From a virus, in IMG/VR virus record IMGVR_UViG_3300045988_020566: a DNA stretch of 42,525 nucleotides. One strand, given 5' to 3'. Of the stretch, positions 24,311 to 33,159 are shown piece after piece (the stretch's first letter is position 1; every line of letters starts with the position of its first letter). The notes under the pieces are model-generated. The model saw only the letters and a list, made by a program, of their open reading frames with translations, made no database searches and was not told the origin of the DNA. Both the position numbers and the translations under genes were made by a program.

Positions 24311-24339
24311 ATGATATCACGCAAAAAAGCAAAAAGCAA
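24311..24339 (-). promoter_or_regulatory. sigma70-like promoter for the reverse-strand moron
   Basis: On the minus strand: TTGCTT, a 17-nt spacer, then TATCAT with an upstream TG. About 35 nt upstream of the moron ATG. Confidence 0.45.
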
Positions 24340-24351
24340 GAAGGTGATATT

Positions 24352-26313
24352 ATGGCTGACGGCGAAGTCGTATTTGAAGCGACTATTAGCGACAAAAAAC
24401 TCCATCAGGAGTTAAACAAAGTTAAAAGCAATATCGAATCCTTACAAAAGGAGTTCAACCGGCTCGGCGACCAGAAAACGCCGATGGAAGACCGGCTGCG
24501 TAACATCGGCGCAGAGCTGGATGCGGCAAAACAGGAGCTTGCCGATATGCGCACAGCGCCAAAAGGCACGTATGAGAAAATCGATGTGTCCGAGCAGGCC
24601 GAGCGCGTGCGAATGCTGCAAAGCGAATTTAACAAAACTGCAAATAGCATTGATAAGCTCAATGAAAAGCTCAACAAAACCGGCGATAAGATTTCCGACG
24701 CGAAAACGCAGGCAGTCGAGCTAATACAGCAGATCGAGGGCAGAGCCAAAGGCGCAGGGCTGCGCAATGCAACCGAAGCGGCGGCAGATTCCATGAAAGT
24801 ATTTGGGCAGCGCTTAAAATCCGTTGTCCGCAGTGCACTTGTTTTTACAGTTATTACCCAAGCATTAACAAAAGTGCGTGACTGGGTAAAGAACGTCGTA
24901 ATGGTAAACTCCGAGGCAAGAGAATCCATTGCGCAGCTTAAAGGAGCGCTTTTGACGCTGGCACAGCCTCTTGTAAGTGTAATTGTCCCCGCCTTTACCC
25001 TGCTTGTAAAAGTTATCACGGCAGTAGTCTCGCAGATCACGCGTCTTGTGGCGCTTATCTCCGGCAAGAGCGTCAAGGCAACTGCTAACTCGGCAAAGGC
25101 ACTGAACAAGGAAACCAGTGCATTAAAGGGAACGGGCAACGCCGCGAAGAAAGCGGCAAGTCAGCTTGCGGCGTTTGATGAGATCAACCAGATTTCCACT
25201 GATACCGCAAACGATACGGGTGGCGGGGCATCCGCTGACGCAATCACTCCGGACTTTAGTTACATGGACGACATCAGCGACCGCTTAAAGAAAATCGCTG
25301 ATGCAGTCATGCTCATTGCGGCAGGTTTAGCGCTGTGGAAAATCAGCAGCAGTTTGCCGGGTGTGCTTGGCACTATTCTGCAAAAGCTCGGCGGCATCCT
25401 AATCGCTGTTGGCGGATTGATCCTTCTGTGGGATGGCTTATCCGACGCATGGAATAACGGCGTCAACTGGGGGAATCTGCTCGAAATGCTTGCAGGCACA
25501 GCGGCGCTTGCCGGGGGGCTTGCAATCGCATTCGGCAAAGTCGGCGCGGGCATCGGCCTTGTAGTGGCTGGCGCAGCAATGATTATCACAGCGTTTAAGG
25601 ACATTTGTGATAACGGTGCAAATCTTCAAAATACGCTGTTATTGATTGCTGGCATTGTGGCAACGGGGCTGGGGTTCTTTTTTCTGACCGGCAGCGTTAT
25701 CCCTCTTGTTATTGCTGGCATCGCATCTGTAGTTACGGCGGCGCTTGCGCTTACGGGTAATTTGACAGAGTTTGCCAGAAACTTGAAAGATAATATCCTC
25801 GGGGGAATTATCCAATTTATCAAGGGCGTGTTCACGGGCAACTGGAAATCTGCGTGGGAAGGTGTCAAAAAAGTTTTCTCTGGCATCTGGAACAGCATCG
25901 TTATTATTGCCGAGAGCGCCATTAATGCCGTCATTAAAGGCTTGAACTGGCTGATTAGTAAAATCAATACGATCAAGTTTACTGTTCCGAGTTGGGTTCC
26001 CGGTGTCGGCGGCAAAAGCATTGGTGGGCATATTTCTTCGCTCTCTGAAGTTCGTTTGCCGCGTTTGGCGACCGGTGCAGTTATCCCCCCGAACAAAGAA
26101 TTTCTTGCCGTACTGGGAGACCAGAAGAGCGGAACGAACATCGAAACGCCGCTTGCAACGATGGTTGATGCATTCAAGCAGGCAATGGCAGAATCGGGCG
26201 GCGGCGCAACCACGGTCGTGGTGCAGCTTGACGGCAAGGAGATTGCACGCAGCACCGTGAAGAACATCAACAACATGACACGCGCGGCGGGTAAGCCCGT
26301 GCTGCTGTACTAA
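24352..26313 (+). CDS. tape measure protein
   Basis: 653 aa from ATG 24352 (SD aaggtg). N-terminal coiled coil, central Gly/Ala-rich hydrophobic segments, and the usual position. Confidence 0.9.
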   Translation: MADGEVVFEATISDKKLHQELNKVKSNIESLQKEFNRLGDQKTPMEDRLRNIGAELDAAKQELADMRTAPKGTYEKIDVSEQAERVRMLQSEFNKTANSIDKLNEKLNKTGDKISDAKTQAVELIQQIEGRAKGAGLRNATEAAADSMKVFGQRLKSVVRSALVFTVITQALTKVRDWVKNVVMVNSEARESIAQLKGALLTLAQPLVSVIVPAFTLLVKVITAVVSQITRLVALISGKSVKATANSAKALNKETSALKGTGNAAKKAASQLAAFDEINQISTDTANDTGGGASADAITPDFSYMDDISDRLKKIADAVMLIAAGLALWKISSSLPGVLGTILQKLGGILIAVGGLILLWDGLSDAWNNGVNWGNLLEMLAGTAALAGGLAIAFGKVGAGIGLVVAGAAMIITAFKDICDNGANLQNTLLLIAGIVATGLGFFFLTGSVIPLVIAGIASVVTAALALTGNLTEFARNLKDNILGGIIQFIKGVFTGNWKSAWEGVKKVFSGIWNSIVIIAESAINAVIKGLNWLISKINTIKFTVPSWVPGVGGKSIGGHISSLSEVRLPRLATGAVIPPNKEFLAVLGDQKSGTNIETPLATMVDAFKQAMAESGGGATTVVVQLDGKEIARSTVKNINNMTRAAGKPVLLY

Positions 26314-26324
26314 GGAGGGGTAAC

Positions 26325-26684
26325 ATGGAAGTCCTTATTATCAACGGCACGGATTATTCGTCCGCAATCGCAACAAAAGGGTACGGGTGGAGCAGAAACG
26401 ATCTCGACAGCGACAAGACCACCCGCACCAAAGACGGGAAAATGCGCCGCGACAAAATCACCACCAAGCGGAAACTGAGCTATACAACGCGCTCTATGCC
26501 TCGCGATAAACTGGCAAAGCTCGATGATGACCTCAATAAGACAACGTGCACGGTCAAGTATCTTGACTTGCACGGAGTTCGAACCAGCACGTTTTACTGC
26601 TCGTCGATGGAATGCACGCTTGAAGAAGCGGCGGACGACAATGAGGTGTGGGGCGGCGCGACGTTTAATTTGATCGAGGTGTGA
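26325..26684 (+). CDS. small distal-tail-like component
   Basis: AAGGAGG SD. 119 aa immediately after the tape measure. Positional call only. Confidence 0.45.
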   Translation: MEVLIINGTDYSSAIATKGYGWSRNDLDSDKTTRTKDGKMRRDKITTKRKLSYTTRSMPRDKLAKLDDDLNKTTCTVKYLDLHGVRTSTFYCSSMECTLEEAADDNEVWGGATFNLIEV

Positions 26685-26685
26685 T

Positions 26686-27363
26686 ATGGGGCAGACAACA
26701 AGTGCGCTGTGGCGCGAGCTGCTTCACAAGCCCGGAACAGAACGAGAGTACAAATTTGACGTTGCGGGCACGGAATATGGCAAAGATGCGGAAGTGTCTC
26801 ACTCTGTTGAATCGCAGTTGTTTGAAGAATTCGGCATCGGGAACGCCTGCTGCGCAACATTAAAACTGGCACTGTATGCGGACAACGTACCGCGCGCCGC
26901 GACGATCAAGCGTTATCTCAGGCTTGTTAATGGCAGTCAAGCGACGGACTGGATTCCCAAAGGCGTGTTTTTTACCAACCGCCGTTCCTGCGATGGGGAT
27001 TACTGGGAACTCGAAGCATACGACGCCATGAGAAAGGCTGACGTTGTATGGGAGCCAGCCCAGTCGCTTAACTTCCCGATGACTATGCCTGACGCTGTAA
27101 ACATCTTTTGCCAGTTGATGGGCGTGGAGCTGGACAGCCGCACAGTGCTCAATAGCTCGTACACCATCGACTATCCCGCAAATGATTACACCATCCGCAA
27201 TGAGCTATGTTTTATCGCAGCGGCGCATGGCGGGAACTGGATTGTCACCGACGCAGGGAAGCTGTTGCTTATTCCGTTGTTGTCCATGCCTACCGAGACA
27301 AACTATCTCATCACAGAAGCGGGCAACGCTATCACATTTGGAGGGGTGAGGATTCTTGTCTGA
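26686..27363 (+). CDS. tail/baseplate protein
   Basis: 225-aa ORF in the tail tip block. No recognisable motif. Confidence 0.45.
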   Translation: MGQTTSALWRELLHKPGTEREYKFDVAGTEYGKDAEVSHSVESQLFEEFGIGNACCATLKLALYADNVPRAATIKRYLRLVNGSQATDWIPKGVFFTNRRSCDGDYWELEAYDAMRKADVVWEPAQSLNFPMTMPDAVNIFCQLMGVELDSRTVLNSSYTIDYPANDYTIRNELCFIAAAHGGNWIVTDAGKLLLIPLLSMPTETNYLITEAGNAITFGGVRILV

Positions 27364-28720
27364 AAAGTATTATGTCGGCAGAGACGTTACAAGTTTTTCC
27401 GACAAGGGCAAGTACAAGCCTATCTCTCGCGTGACGCTGCTTGTGGACGATGAAAACAGCCTGACGGCGGGCGATGATACCGGCATGGAGGTCATTGCAA
27501 GTTGCCCACACGCTACGCAGCCAATGGTAAATGCTTTGCTGCAAACCATGAAAGGCTACCAGTATCAGGCTTACGAAGCAGGCGCGGCAAACATTGATCC
27601 AGCGGCAGAGCTGGGCGACGGCGTGACGGTTGGTGGCATTTATTCGCCGCTGTCTAAACTCTCTGATGATGGCCGCGGATATGCGGGCATTTCTTCCCCC
27701 GGAGAAGCGGAGATGGAAGACGAATATCCGGCTGGTGGGTACATCACGCAGGAATTTAACCGCAAGATTGCCGAAACACGCTCGACTATCACCAAGACCA
27801 GCGAGGAGATCAACCTCAAGGTGGAGGGCATCGACGGGCGGGTATCGGACATCACGCAAACGGTCGATGGGATCAGCTTATCCGTCACGTCAGCGTCCAA
27901 CCCGGATGGCCAGACGACCGCGACGATCACGCTCAAGGTCGGCCCAAACAACTACACGGGCTACATTAAGCTCGACGGCAACGTGGACGTCTCCGGGCAG
28001 CTGTCGGCGGACGCGCTCTACTCCGCCTTCGGCGAGATCGCGGACTTGAGCGTCAACCGGCTGTCGACCTCTCGCCGGGTGGTCAAGTATCTTGCTAAAG
28101 ACACAACGGACGACAATTTCATCCGCGTGGAGGGGCAGAGCCTTGAGTTTGTCGCGGGAATTGCCAAAAGCACGACGGAGCAGGCGAAAAACCCCAACGG
28201 GGAGCTGATCTACTGGGAGGCCGACCCCGCGGGCGCGTCGATCGGCTCGGACGGCTACCCTTACGCAAACGGCGAGCGCATTTTTACCACTACCAAGCAG
28301 ACGAGCTGGCCGGTGATGGTCTATCAGTACGAGGAGCAAGTCAAGCGCGCGATCTCGTTCCAATCGGACGGCCAATACTACTACCCTGTGGACGTCTTTG
28401 GCGCGGGCGACGACAACGGCAAGCAGCGCGGCTATCTCGTCAAGCGGCAGAACTCGCTTGAGCTGACATACGAGACGAGCACGGGAAAGCAGCTCGGCCT
28501 CGCCGCGCTGGACGAGGGGTATTTGGACCTCTTCGGGCTTCGGAAAACCGTGGGACTTAATTTCGCAAGTTGGGAGCAGGGGGGCTTCTCCGAGACGGTA
28601 GAGGGTATCTCAGAGCCGCTCGAGTATGGGGTGGAGTTCGCGACGGTCGGAGGCAAAAAAGTTCCGATCAAGATCATCTACTCAGACGGGGCGGAAATGG
28701 CAATCCAGTGGACGGAGTGA
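27356..28720 (+). CDS. tail fibre / tail-tip protein (gp58-like coiled segment)
   Basis: 454 aa. Segment ITQEFNRKIAETRSTITKTSEEINLKVEGIDGRVSDITQTVDGISLSV resembles prophage tail-fibre N-terminal repeats. Confidence 0.55.
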   Translation: MSEKYYVGRDVTSFSDKGKYKPISRVTLLVDDENSLTAGDDTGMEVIASCPHATQPMVNALLQTMKGYQYQAYEAGAANIDPAAELGDGVTVGGIYSPLSKLSDDGRGYAGISSPGEAEMEDEYPAGGYITQEFNRKIAETRSTITKTSEEINLKVEGIDGRVSDITQTVDGISLSVTSASNPDGQTTATITLKVGPNNYTGYIKLDGNVDVSGQLSADALYSAFGEIADLSVNRLSTSRRVVKYLAKDTTDDNFIRVEGQSLEFVAGIAKSTTEQAKNPNGELIYWEADPAGASIGSDGYPYANGERIFTTTKQTSWPVMVYQYEEQVKRAISFQSDGQYYYPVDVFGAGDDNGKQRGYLVKRQNSLELTYETSTGKQLGLAALDEGYLDLFGLRKTVGLNFASWEQGGFSETVEGISEPLEYGVEFATVGGKKVPIKIIYSDGAEMAIQWTE

Positions 28721-28725
28721 TAAGG

Positions 28726-30243
28726 ATGGACAAAAATTGCTTTGTTAAGGGCGTTATGACGGGGAAAATGCTCAAGATGCGGAGTGTTGGGACACCGGCG
28801 AGTGCTGTATCCGTCGCGCCGTCCAGCGCCGCCGGTTACGACAAGGCAAGCTTTTTAGCGGGGCTTGCTGTCGGCATGAGCACACAGGGGGCCCTGCGAT
28901 GGGCAGCATTGCTAGGCGTGATCAGTACAAGGGCATCGTCTACAGACGAAATGCTTGTAGAGCTTTACATCTTGGATATGCTCGGCAAGCTTGTTGTTCC
29001 AAAGGTGCCCGGTATGACAGCTCTCCAAAAATGGCTAAAAGAAGAAAAATTTACTGACCCGAGTGAGTATGCAGAAAGGCGCAAAAAATTCGGGCAGGAA
29101 ATTGCTTGGTACTTTTATAAAAAGGGATTTAAGTTATCTGCTTATGGCGGTGTTGACTTACCTCTAAAAATAAAAGATATGACCAGCCTTAGATCCGGTG
29201 ATAGTTCTGGCTACTGGAAATACTTTCCTTACGGTTCGTCCTATGGTGAGCAAGATGTAGCCTCGATTATATCTGATGGTTCGACGATTGGCTCAAATGT
29301 TCGTGCAAAATTTACCATGCCAGAAACAATCCCCGGAGGGTTGATCGGAGATTTTACACTCAAAATTACATGTAACGCATTGCCACGGGGAAAATACAGG
29401 CTATCGTGCGTTAGCGCACAGGCATGCACACCGGCACCTTTGGCTAATGCAGATGGGTTATGGGCTGGTATACAGCTTCAGCACCCGTACAACAAAGACC
29501 CAGGATACACCGTTACCAAAGAAACCGCTGGGGTTAAGTACAACAGTTACAACACGATTATGATTCGTGGATTTCCACCGGACAACTATATCGAATTTGA
29601 CACCAAAGTCAATGGCGCTGAATTTTCGTTTTACGTTTGCCCTATATCTTCAGGCCGAGACGAAACCTCGATACCAAACTCGTATCTTGGTCGAGAAATT
29701 AAATTTGCACCCAATACGACATATACCGCATCGGTGGAATACTCGCTTGAATTGCTTGAAATTTATGACCCCATCCCAGACGAAAGAGCATCTCTTACAG
29801 ATGTGTTAAAGGCGGCAGACAGGTCAGGGCTATACTATCAATCCATCACTGATGGGGCAACCCTATTGCCGATGCTACTGATCGATGATGACCCTGTTAC
29901 AATACGAGATATCGAAAAAGTTAGAATAGCCAATAACGGAAAAGTACAGCCTGATGTAAAGTATTCTGCAAAAAATTACAGATACGATAAAACTGATGGG
30001 ACTATGGAAGTATTAGCCGAAAACGATGATCCTGAATATATGCGGTTATTCAAATGGACAGACTACGTAGACGGAAAGACTGAAGAGCATGAAAAGATAA
30101 CTGTTGTTAAATCTTGCGACTATGAGTTTACAAACGAGAAGGTATATTCAAAGCCTATTTTCCGCTTATACTCAACAGAAAAGGACAGCAAAGGATTAAC
30201 TGTAAGTAGCTCTTTTAGTGTTGGGATAAGGAGGGTAACGTGA
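28726..30243 (+). CDS. candidate receptor-binding protein
   Basis: 505 aa from ATG 28726. G+C drops sharply after about 28.95 kb. Last large ORF of the tail block. No motif recognised. Confidence 0.45.
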   Translation: MDKNCFVKGVMTGKMLKMRSVGTPASAVSVAPSSAAGYDKASFLAGLAVGMSTQGALRWAALLGVISTRASSTDEMLVELYILDMLGKLVVPKVPGMTALQKWLKEEKFTDPSEYAERRKKFGQEIAWYFYKKGFKLSAYGGVDLPLKIKDMTSLRSGDSSGYWKYFPYGSSYGEQDVASIISDGSTIGSNVRAKFTMPETIPGGLIGDFTLKITCNALPRGKYRLSCVSAQACTPAPLANADGLWAGIQLQHPYNKDPGYTVTKETAGVKYNSYNTIMIRGFPPDNYIEFDTKVNGAEFSFYVCPISSGRDETSIPNSYLGREIKFAPNTTYTASVEYSLELLEIYDPIPDERASLTDVLKAADRSGLYYQSITDGATLLPMLLIDDDPVTIRDIEKVRIANNGKVQPDVKYSAKNYRYDKTDGTMEVLAENDDPEYMRLFKWTDYVDGKTEEHEKITVVKSCDYEFTNEKVYSKPIFRLYSTEKDSKGLTVSSSFSVGIRRVT

Positions 30244-30806
30244 TGATTTATAGAACCGTTGATAATCAGGGTGCAATGGCTGCTGCAAAGGATTTGATGG
30301 AAAGGCAATCAGATGGACTTGTGCTTTTGTTTTCGAGTGAGCTAGCCGTAGTTTACGGGCATCCTCAATACATCGACACAAATGTATGTGCACGCAATGG
30401 GGCATTTTTGTATCAGGCGTGGCACCTCGGAGGGGCTATTATTTGCTTCCCGGGAGATTTATCCATCATGGAGCTAAAAAATGGTGGAAGCAATTTCGGT
30501 TACGAATCCATTTCTGCTGTGCGCGATATGCTAGAAAGTCGTAAGATAGATGCTCTTATTGATGGAAACGACTTAATGGTAGACGGACGGAAATGTGGTT
30601 CCTGGGCTCGCACAATTGATAGTGGATATACCCAGATAGTAGTACACTTTTCCATCAATTCAGATATGCAGACCATTCAGGAGCTGTGCGCGAAACCGAT
30701 GGTTAAGATTCCGGGTGCGCTGAGTGACTATGGAATTACTGCGGAGGATATATGGACAGTTATAAAAGAGCACATGCCGCTGTCATCGCTTACGCGCTCA
30801 ACCTGA
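30243..30806 (+). CDS. lipoate/biotin-protein-ligase-family (LplA/LipB/BirA catalytic domain)-like protein
   Basis: AGGAGGG SD. Aligns by eye to the E. coli LplA core: LGGAIICFPGDL versus GGGAVFHDLGN, DGNDLMVDGRKCGSWA versus GRNDLVV..GDRKVSGSA (catalytic Lys retained), and VVHFSINSD versus HHGTLLLNAD. Confidence 0.55.
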   Translation: MIYRTVDNQGAMAAAKDLMERQSDGLVLLFSSELAVVYGHPQYIDTNVCARNGAFLYQAWHLGGAIICFPGDLSIMELKNGGSNFGYESISAVRDMLESRKIDALIDGNDLMVDGRKCGSWARTIDSGYTQIVVHFSINSDMQTIQELCAKPMVKIPGALSDYGITAEDIWTVIKEHMPLSSLTRST

Positions 30807-31030
30807 TCGACCTATCGTGCACGCTCTGGGCGCTGCATGGCGGGGCGGTGGAGCTGAACCCGCTGATGCGGGAGGTCACGGTGATGGTGGGCTACAAGGT
30901 CATCATCGTGTGGGCGCTGCTGTGGTGGCTCTCTACCCGGAGGGAGAGGGCGGCGCGGTATGCGCTATACGTTGCTGCCGTGGTCTACGGGGCGGTGGAC
31001 GTATACCATATAATCAATATTTTACAATAA
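30752..31030 (+). CDS. DUF5658-like small membrane protein
   Basis: Three hydrophobic helices and motif NLIDLSCTLWALHGGAVELNPLM. Overlaps the ligase-like gene by 55 nt. G+C returns to the phage average here. Confidence 0.55.
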   Translation: MDSYKRAHAAVIAYALNLIDLSCTLWALHGGAVELNPLMREVTVMVGYKVIIVWALLWWLSTRRERAARYALYVAAVVYGAVDVYHIINILQ

Positions 31031-31041
31031 AGGAGGGCAAC

Positions 31042-31272
31042 ATGGACAAAACCATTGGCGATCTGCTTGCGGCGGAGGCTGTAACGGCGGATGATCTCTT
31101 TGTGGCGCAACAAAATGGGACGGCAAAAAAGGTGTCCGGTGACACTTTGCGCAGATATTTGGGGGCGGAATCCGGGTTACCGAAGCCGACGGTAGAGGGC
31201 GCTTTTCTCCGCGTTCGGGGAGGAAAATGGACAGAGGAAACCGTGCCCGCGGCGGAAGGAGGGACGTTCTGA
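31042..31272 (+). CDS. hypothetical protein (tail-fibre-associated)
   Basis: AAGGAGGG SD. 76 aa inside ORF 30817-31272. Confidence 0.55.
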   Translation: MDKTIGDLLAAEAVTADDLFVAQQNGTAKKVSGDTLRRYLGAESGLPKPTVEGAFLRVRGGKWTEETVPAAEGGTF

Positions 31273-31970
31273 TGGCGGAATATCTGGTGCAGGGCGAAAG
31301 CATTACGGCAGTCGCCGACGCCATCCGTGAAAAGGGCGGCACGACCGCGCCCCTGAGCTTCCCGGAGGGGATGGCCAAGGCGGTGAGAGGTATCCCGTCT
31401 GGCGGGACTGATATCTCCCTCGGCCTAACTGCCGCCACAGTGGGCCAGACTGTCAAAGTCAAGGCCGTTGACGCATCCGGCGTGCCGACTGCGTGGGAGG
31501 CGGTGGATGCCGCGGGGGGTGAAACGTGGGAAAAGATTGCGGAAATCGAACTGGCGGAGGCGGCGAGCCTGATTACAATCAGCCAAGATTCGGCCGGGAG
31601 GCCATTTGCGCTCAAGCGGGTCATGATTGACTGCGTGGCTAATATCGATCAGGATCACCCGATGACGTATGTCAAGACGCTTATTAACGGCTTTACTGTG
31701 AGCAAGAACGCTACATATAATTTTACCGGTAAAGAGGTCGGTTACTATGCGTTTTACGCCGAGCTGATACCCGGTAGTGGTGTACTTGCTTGGAACGTCG
31801 CCAGTGCTCAAAATTATAACTGGGAGTGTCCGATACAAAAAATGGGTTACAAATATACCAGAGTTGGGGAAGAAAGTGCAATTACGAAGCTTACAATATC
31901 CCCAGACGATGGCCAGAAAAACTTTGGTATTGCAGGTACGAAAATTAACGTGCTGGGGGTGAGAGCATGA
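31272..31970 (+). CDS. hypothetical protein (possible second fibre/receptor-binding component)
   Basis: 232 aa from ATG 31272, with a TGATG junction. N-terminus AEYLVQGESITAVADAIREKGGT recalled from other Clostridia phage fibre-region proteins. Confidence 0.55.
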   Translation: MAEYLVQGESITAVADAIREKGGTTAPLSFPEGMAKAVRGIPSGGTDISLGLTAATVGQTVKVKAVDASGVPTAWEAVDAAGGETWEKIAEIELAEAASLITISQDSAGRPFALKRVMIDCVANIDQDHPMTYVKTLINGFTVSKNATYNFTGKEVGYYAFYAELIPGSGVLAWNVASAQNYNWECPIQKMGYKYTRVGEESAITKLTISPDDGQKNFGIAGTKINVLGVRA

Positions 31971-32152
31971 AAATCTACGAAAATGGTATCTACCGCGATA
32001 TGACTGCCGAAGAAATCGCGGAGCTGGAAAAGCTGGCGGCAGAAGCGCCCGCACCCGAGCCCTCTCCCGAAGAGCGCATTGCGGAACTTGAGAAAGACAA
32101 CGCAGAGCTGCGTGAGGCGCTGGATGCGCTGCTTACGGGGGCGACAGTATGA
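31967..32152 (+). CDS. small coiled-coil protein
   Basis: 61-aa ORF with helical EEIAELEKLAAE...ERIAELEKDNAELREALDALL. Confidence 0.5.
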   Translation: MKIYENGIYRDMTAEEIAELEKLAAEAPAPEPSPEERIAELEKDNAELREALDALLTGATV

Positions 32153-32310
32153 ATGAGTTGAGAAAGAAAGTTATCGAATATAACACTGAGGTCAAAACTG
32201 CACTACAAGCGGTCTACAACGACCTCAATCCAGGCCAACGCAAAAAGCTGCTGCGCAATCCCGTAATCCGCGCTATGTTTGAGCGGTACGGGGTGGAAAT
32301 CGAAAAGTAA
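32149..32310 (+). CDS. 53-aa hypothetical protein
   Basis: ATGA overlap. Hand-translated MNELRKKVIEYNTEVKTALQAVYNDLNPGQRKKLLRNPVIRAMFERYGVEIEK. Confidence 0.4.
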   Translation: MNELRKKVIEYNTEVKTALQAVYNDLNPGQRKKLLRNPVIRAMFERYGVEIEK

Positions 32311-32329
32311 AGGAGAAAGGGAGCGGGAT

Positions 32330-32632
32330 ATGGATAATGCAAAGCATTACGATGACGCAGAGATCGCGCTGATTGAAAGCCGATGCAAGATCAATACGCA
32401 CCGCATCAACGAGCTGCAGGAGCATCAAACGGCGCTTGACAGGCTGGCAACGTCGGTCGAAGTGCTGGCGACCAAGCAGGAGACCGTTGAGGGCGACGTC
32501 AAGGAGATCAAAGAGGACGTGAAAGGCATCACGGGCAAGGCGGGGAAGCGGTGGGACGGGATCGTGGACAAGCTGCTTGCGGCGCTGGTGGGCGCGTTCG
32601 TCGCGTGGCTGATCGCAGGGGGTGTGGCGTGA
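32330..32632 (+). CDS. xhlA: XhlA-like lysis-associated membrane protein
   Basis: SD present. N-terminal coiled coil and a single C-terminal TM helix (LLAALVGAFVAWLIAGGV). Architecture and position match PBSX XhlA. Confidence 0.6.
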   Translation: MDNAKHYDDAEIALIESRCKINTHRINELQEHQTALDRLATSVEVLATKQETVEGDVKEIKEDVKGITGKAGKRWDGIVDKLLAALVGAFVAWLIAGGVA

Positions 32633-32745
32633 TGGATGATTTTGCCGAAGTGGCAGTTGCCATCATCGTGGTCGCTGCCACGCTACTTGGCGCGGCGGTG
32701 GCCATTAAGGGCATCCGCGAACTCTGGATGTGGTGCATGGTATGA
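32632..32745 (+). CDS. 37-aa single-TM peptide
   Basis: ATG 32632 overlaps the xhlA-like stop. Sequence MDDFAEVAVAIIVVAATLLGAAVAIKGIRELWMWCMV. Confidence 0.4.
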   Translation: MDDFAEVAVAIIVVAATLLGAAVAIKGIRELWMWCMV

Positions 32746-32936
32746 AGAAGTTGAGAAAGCGCGACAAGTACGTCATTGCGGCAGTGCTCAACCTCTGCTG
32801 GTACTGCGTTGCGGCACTTGTACTGACGGCCTTTGACAAGGCCGTGCCGGACAGCCTGACCGTCGCGTGGTTCGCCGCGTGGACGGCAGAACTCGGCCTG
32901 CTGGCTGGAATCAAAATCAAAGGAAAGGACGAATAA
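32742..32936 (+). CDS. putative holin (2 TM)
   Basis: 64 aa from ATG 32742. Two hydrophobic helices and a charged C-terminus KIKGKDE. Confidence 0.55.
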   Translation: MKKLRKRDKYVIAAVLNLCWYCVAALVLTAFDKAVPDSLTVAWFAAWTAELGLLAGIKIKGKDE

Positions 32937-32937
32937 T

Positions 32938-33159
32938 ATGGAACTGATTCGCAAGAGACTGGCAAACCTGATGAGCGTCAAGAGCATCGTGACGCTGGTG
33001 CTGACGGGAGTATTTGCATACATGGCCGTCACGGGCAACATCTCGCAGGACTTTATGACCATTTACGCGGTCATCATCGCGTTCTATTTCGGCACGCAGA
33101 GCCAAAAGACGCAGGACGTGATCGACAGCAAGGGTGACGACAATGTATCACAGCCGTGA
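32938..33159 (+). CDS. putative holin (2 TM, FYFGTQ motif)
   Basis: 73 aa. SVKSIVTLVLTGVFAYMAV...YAVIIAFYFGTQSQK resembles Clostridia phage holins. Immediately upstream of the endolysin. Confidence 0.65.
   Translation: MELIRKRLANLMSVKSIVTLVLTGVFAYMAVTGNISQDFMTIYAVIIAFYFGTQSQKTQDVIDSKGDDNVSQP

Noticed and set aside
24178-24351. N-terminal 58-aa extension of the tape-measure ORF given in the track
   Set aside because: The extension overlaps the reverse-strand moron gene and its promoter, and its translation looks non-protein-like. A proper SD+ATG occurs at 24352.
26325-31970. Diversity-generating retroelement or other hypervariation system near the tail-fibre genes
   Set aside because: No reverse-transcriptase-like ORF occurs anywhere in the window. 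I saw no template/variable repeat pair by eye in the fibre genes.
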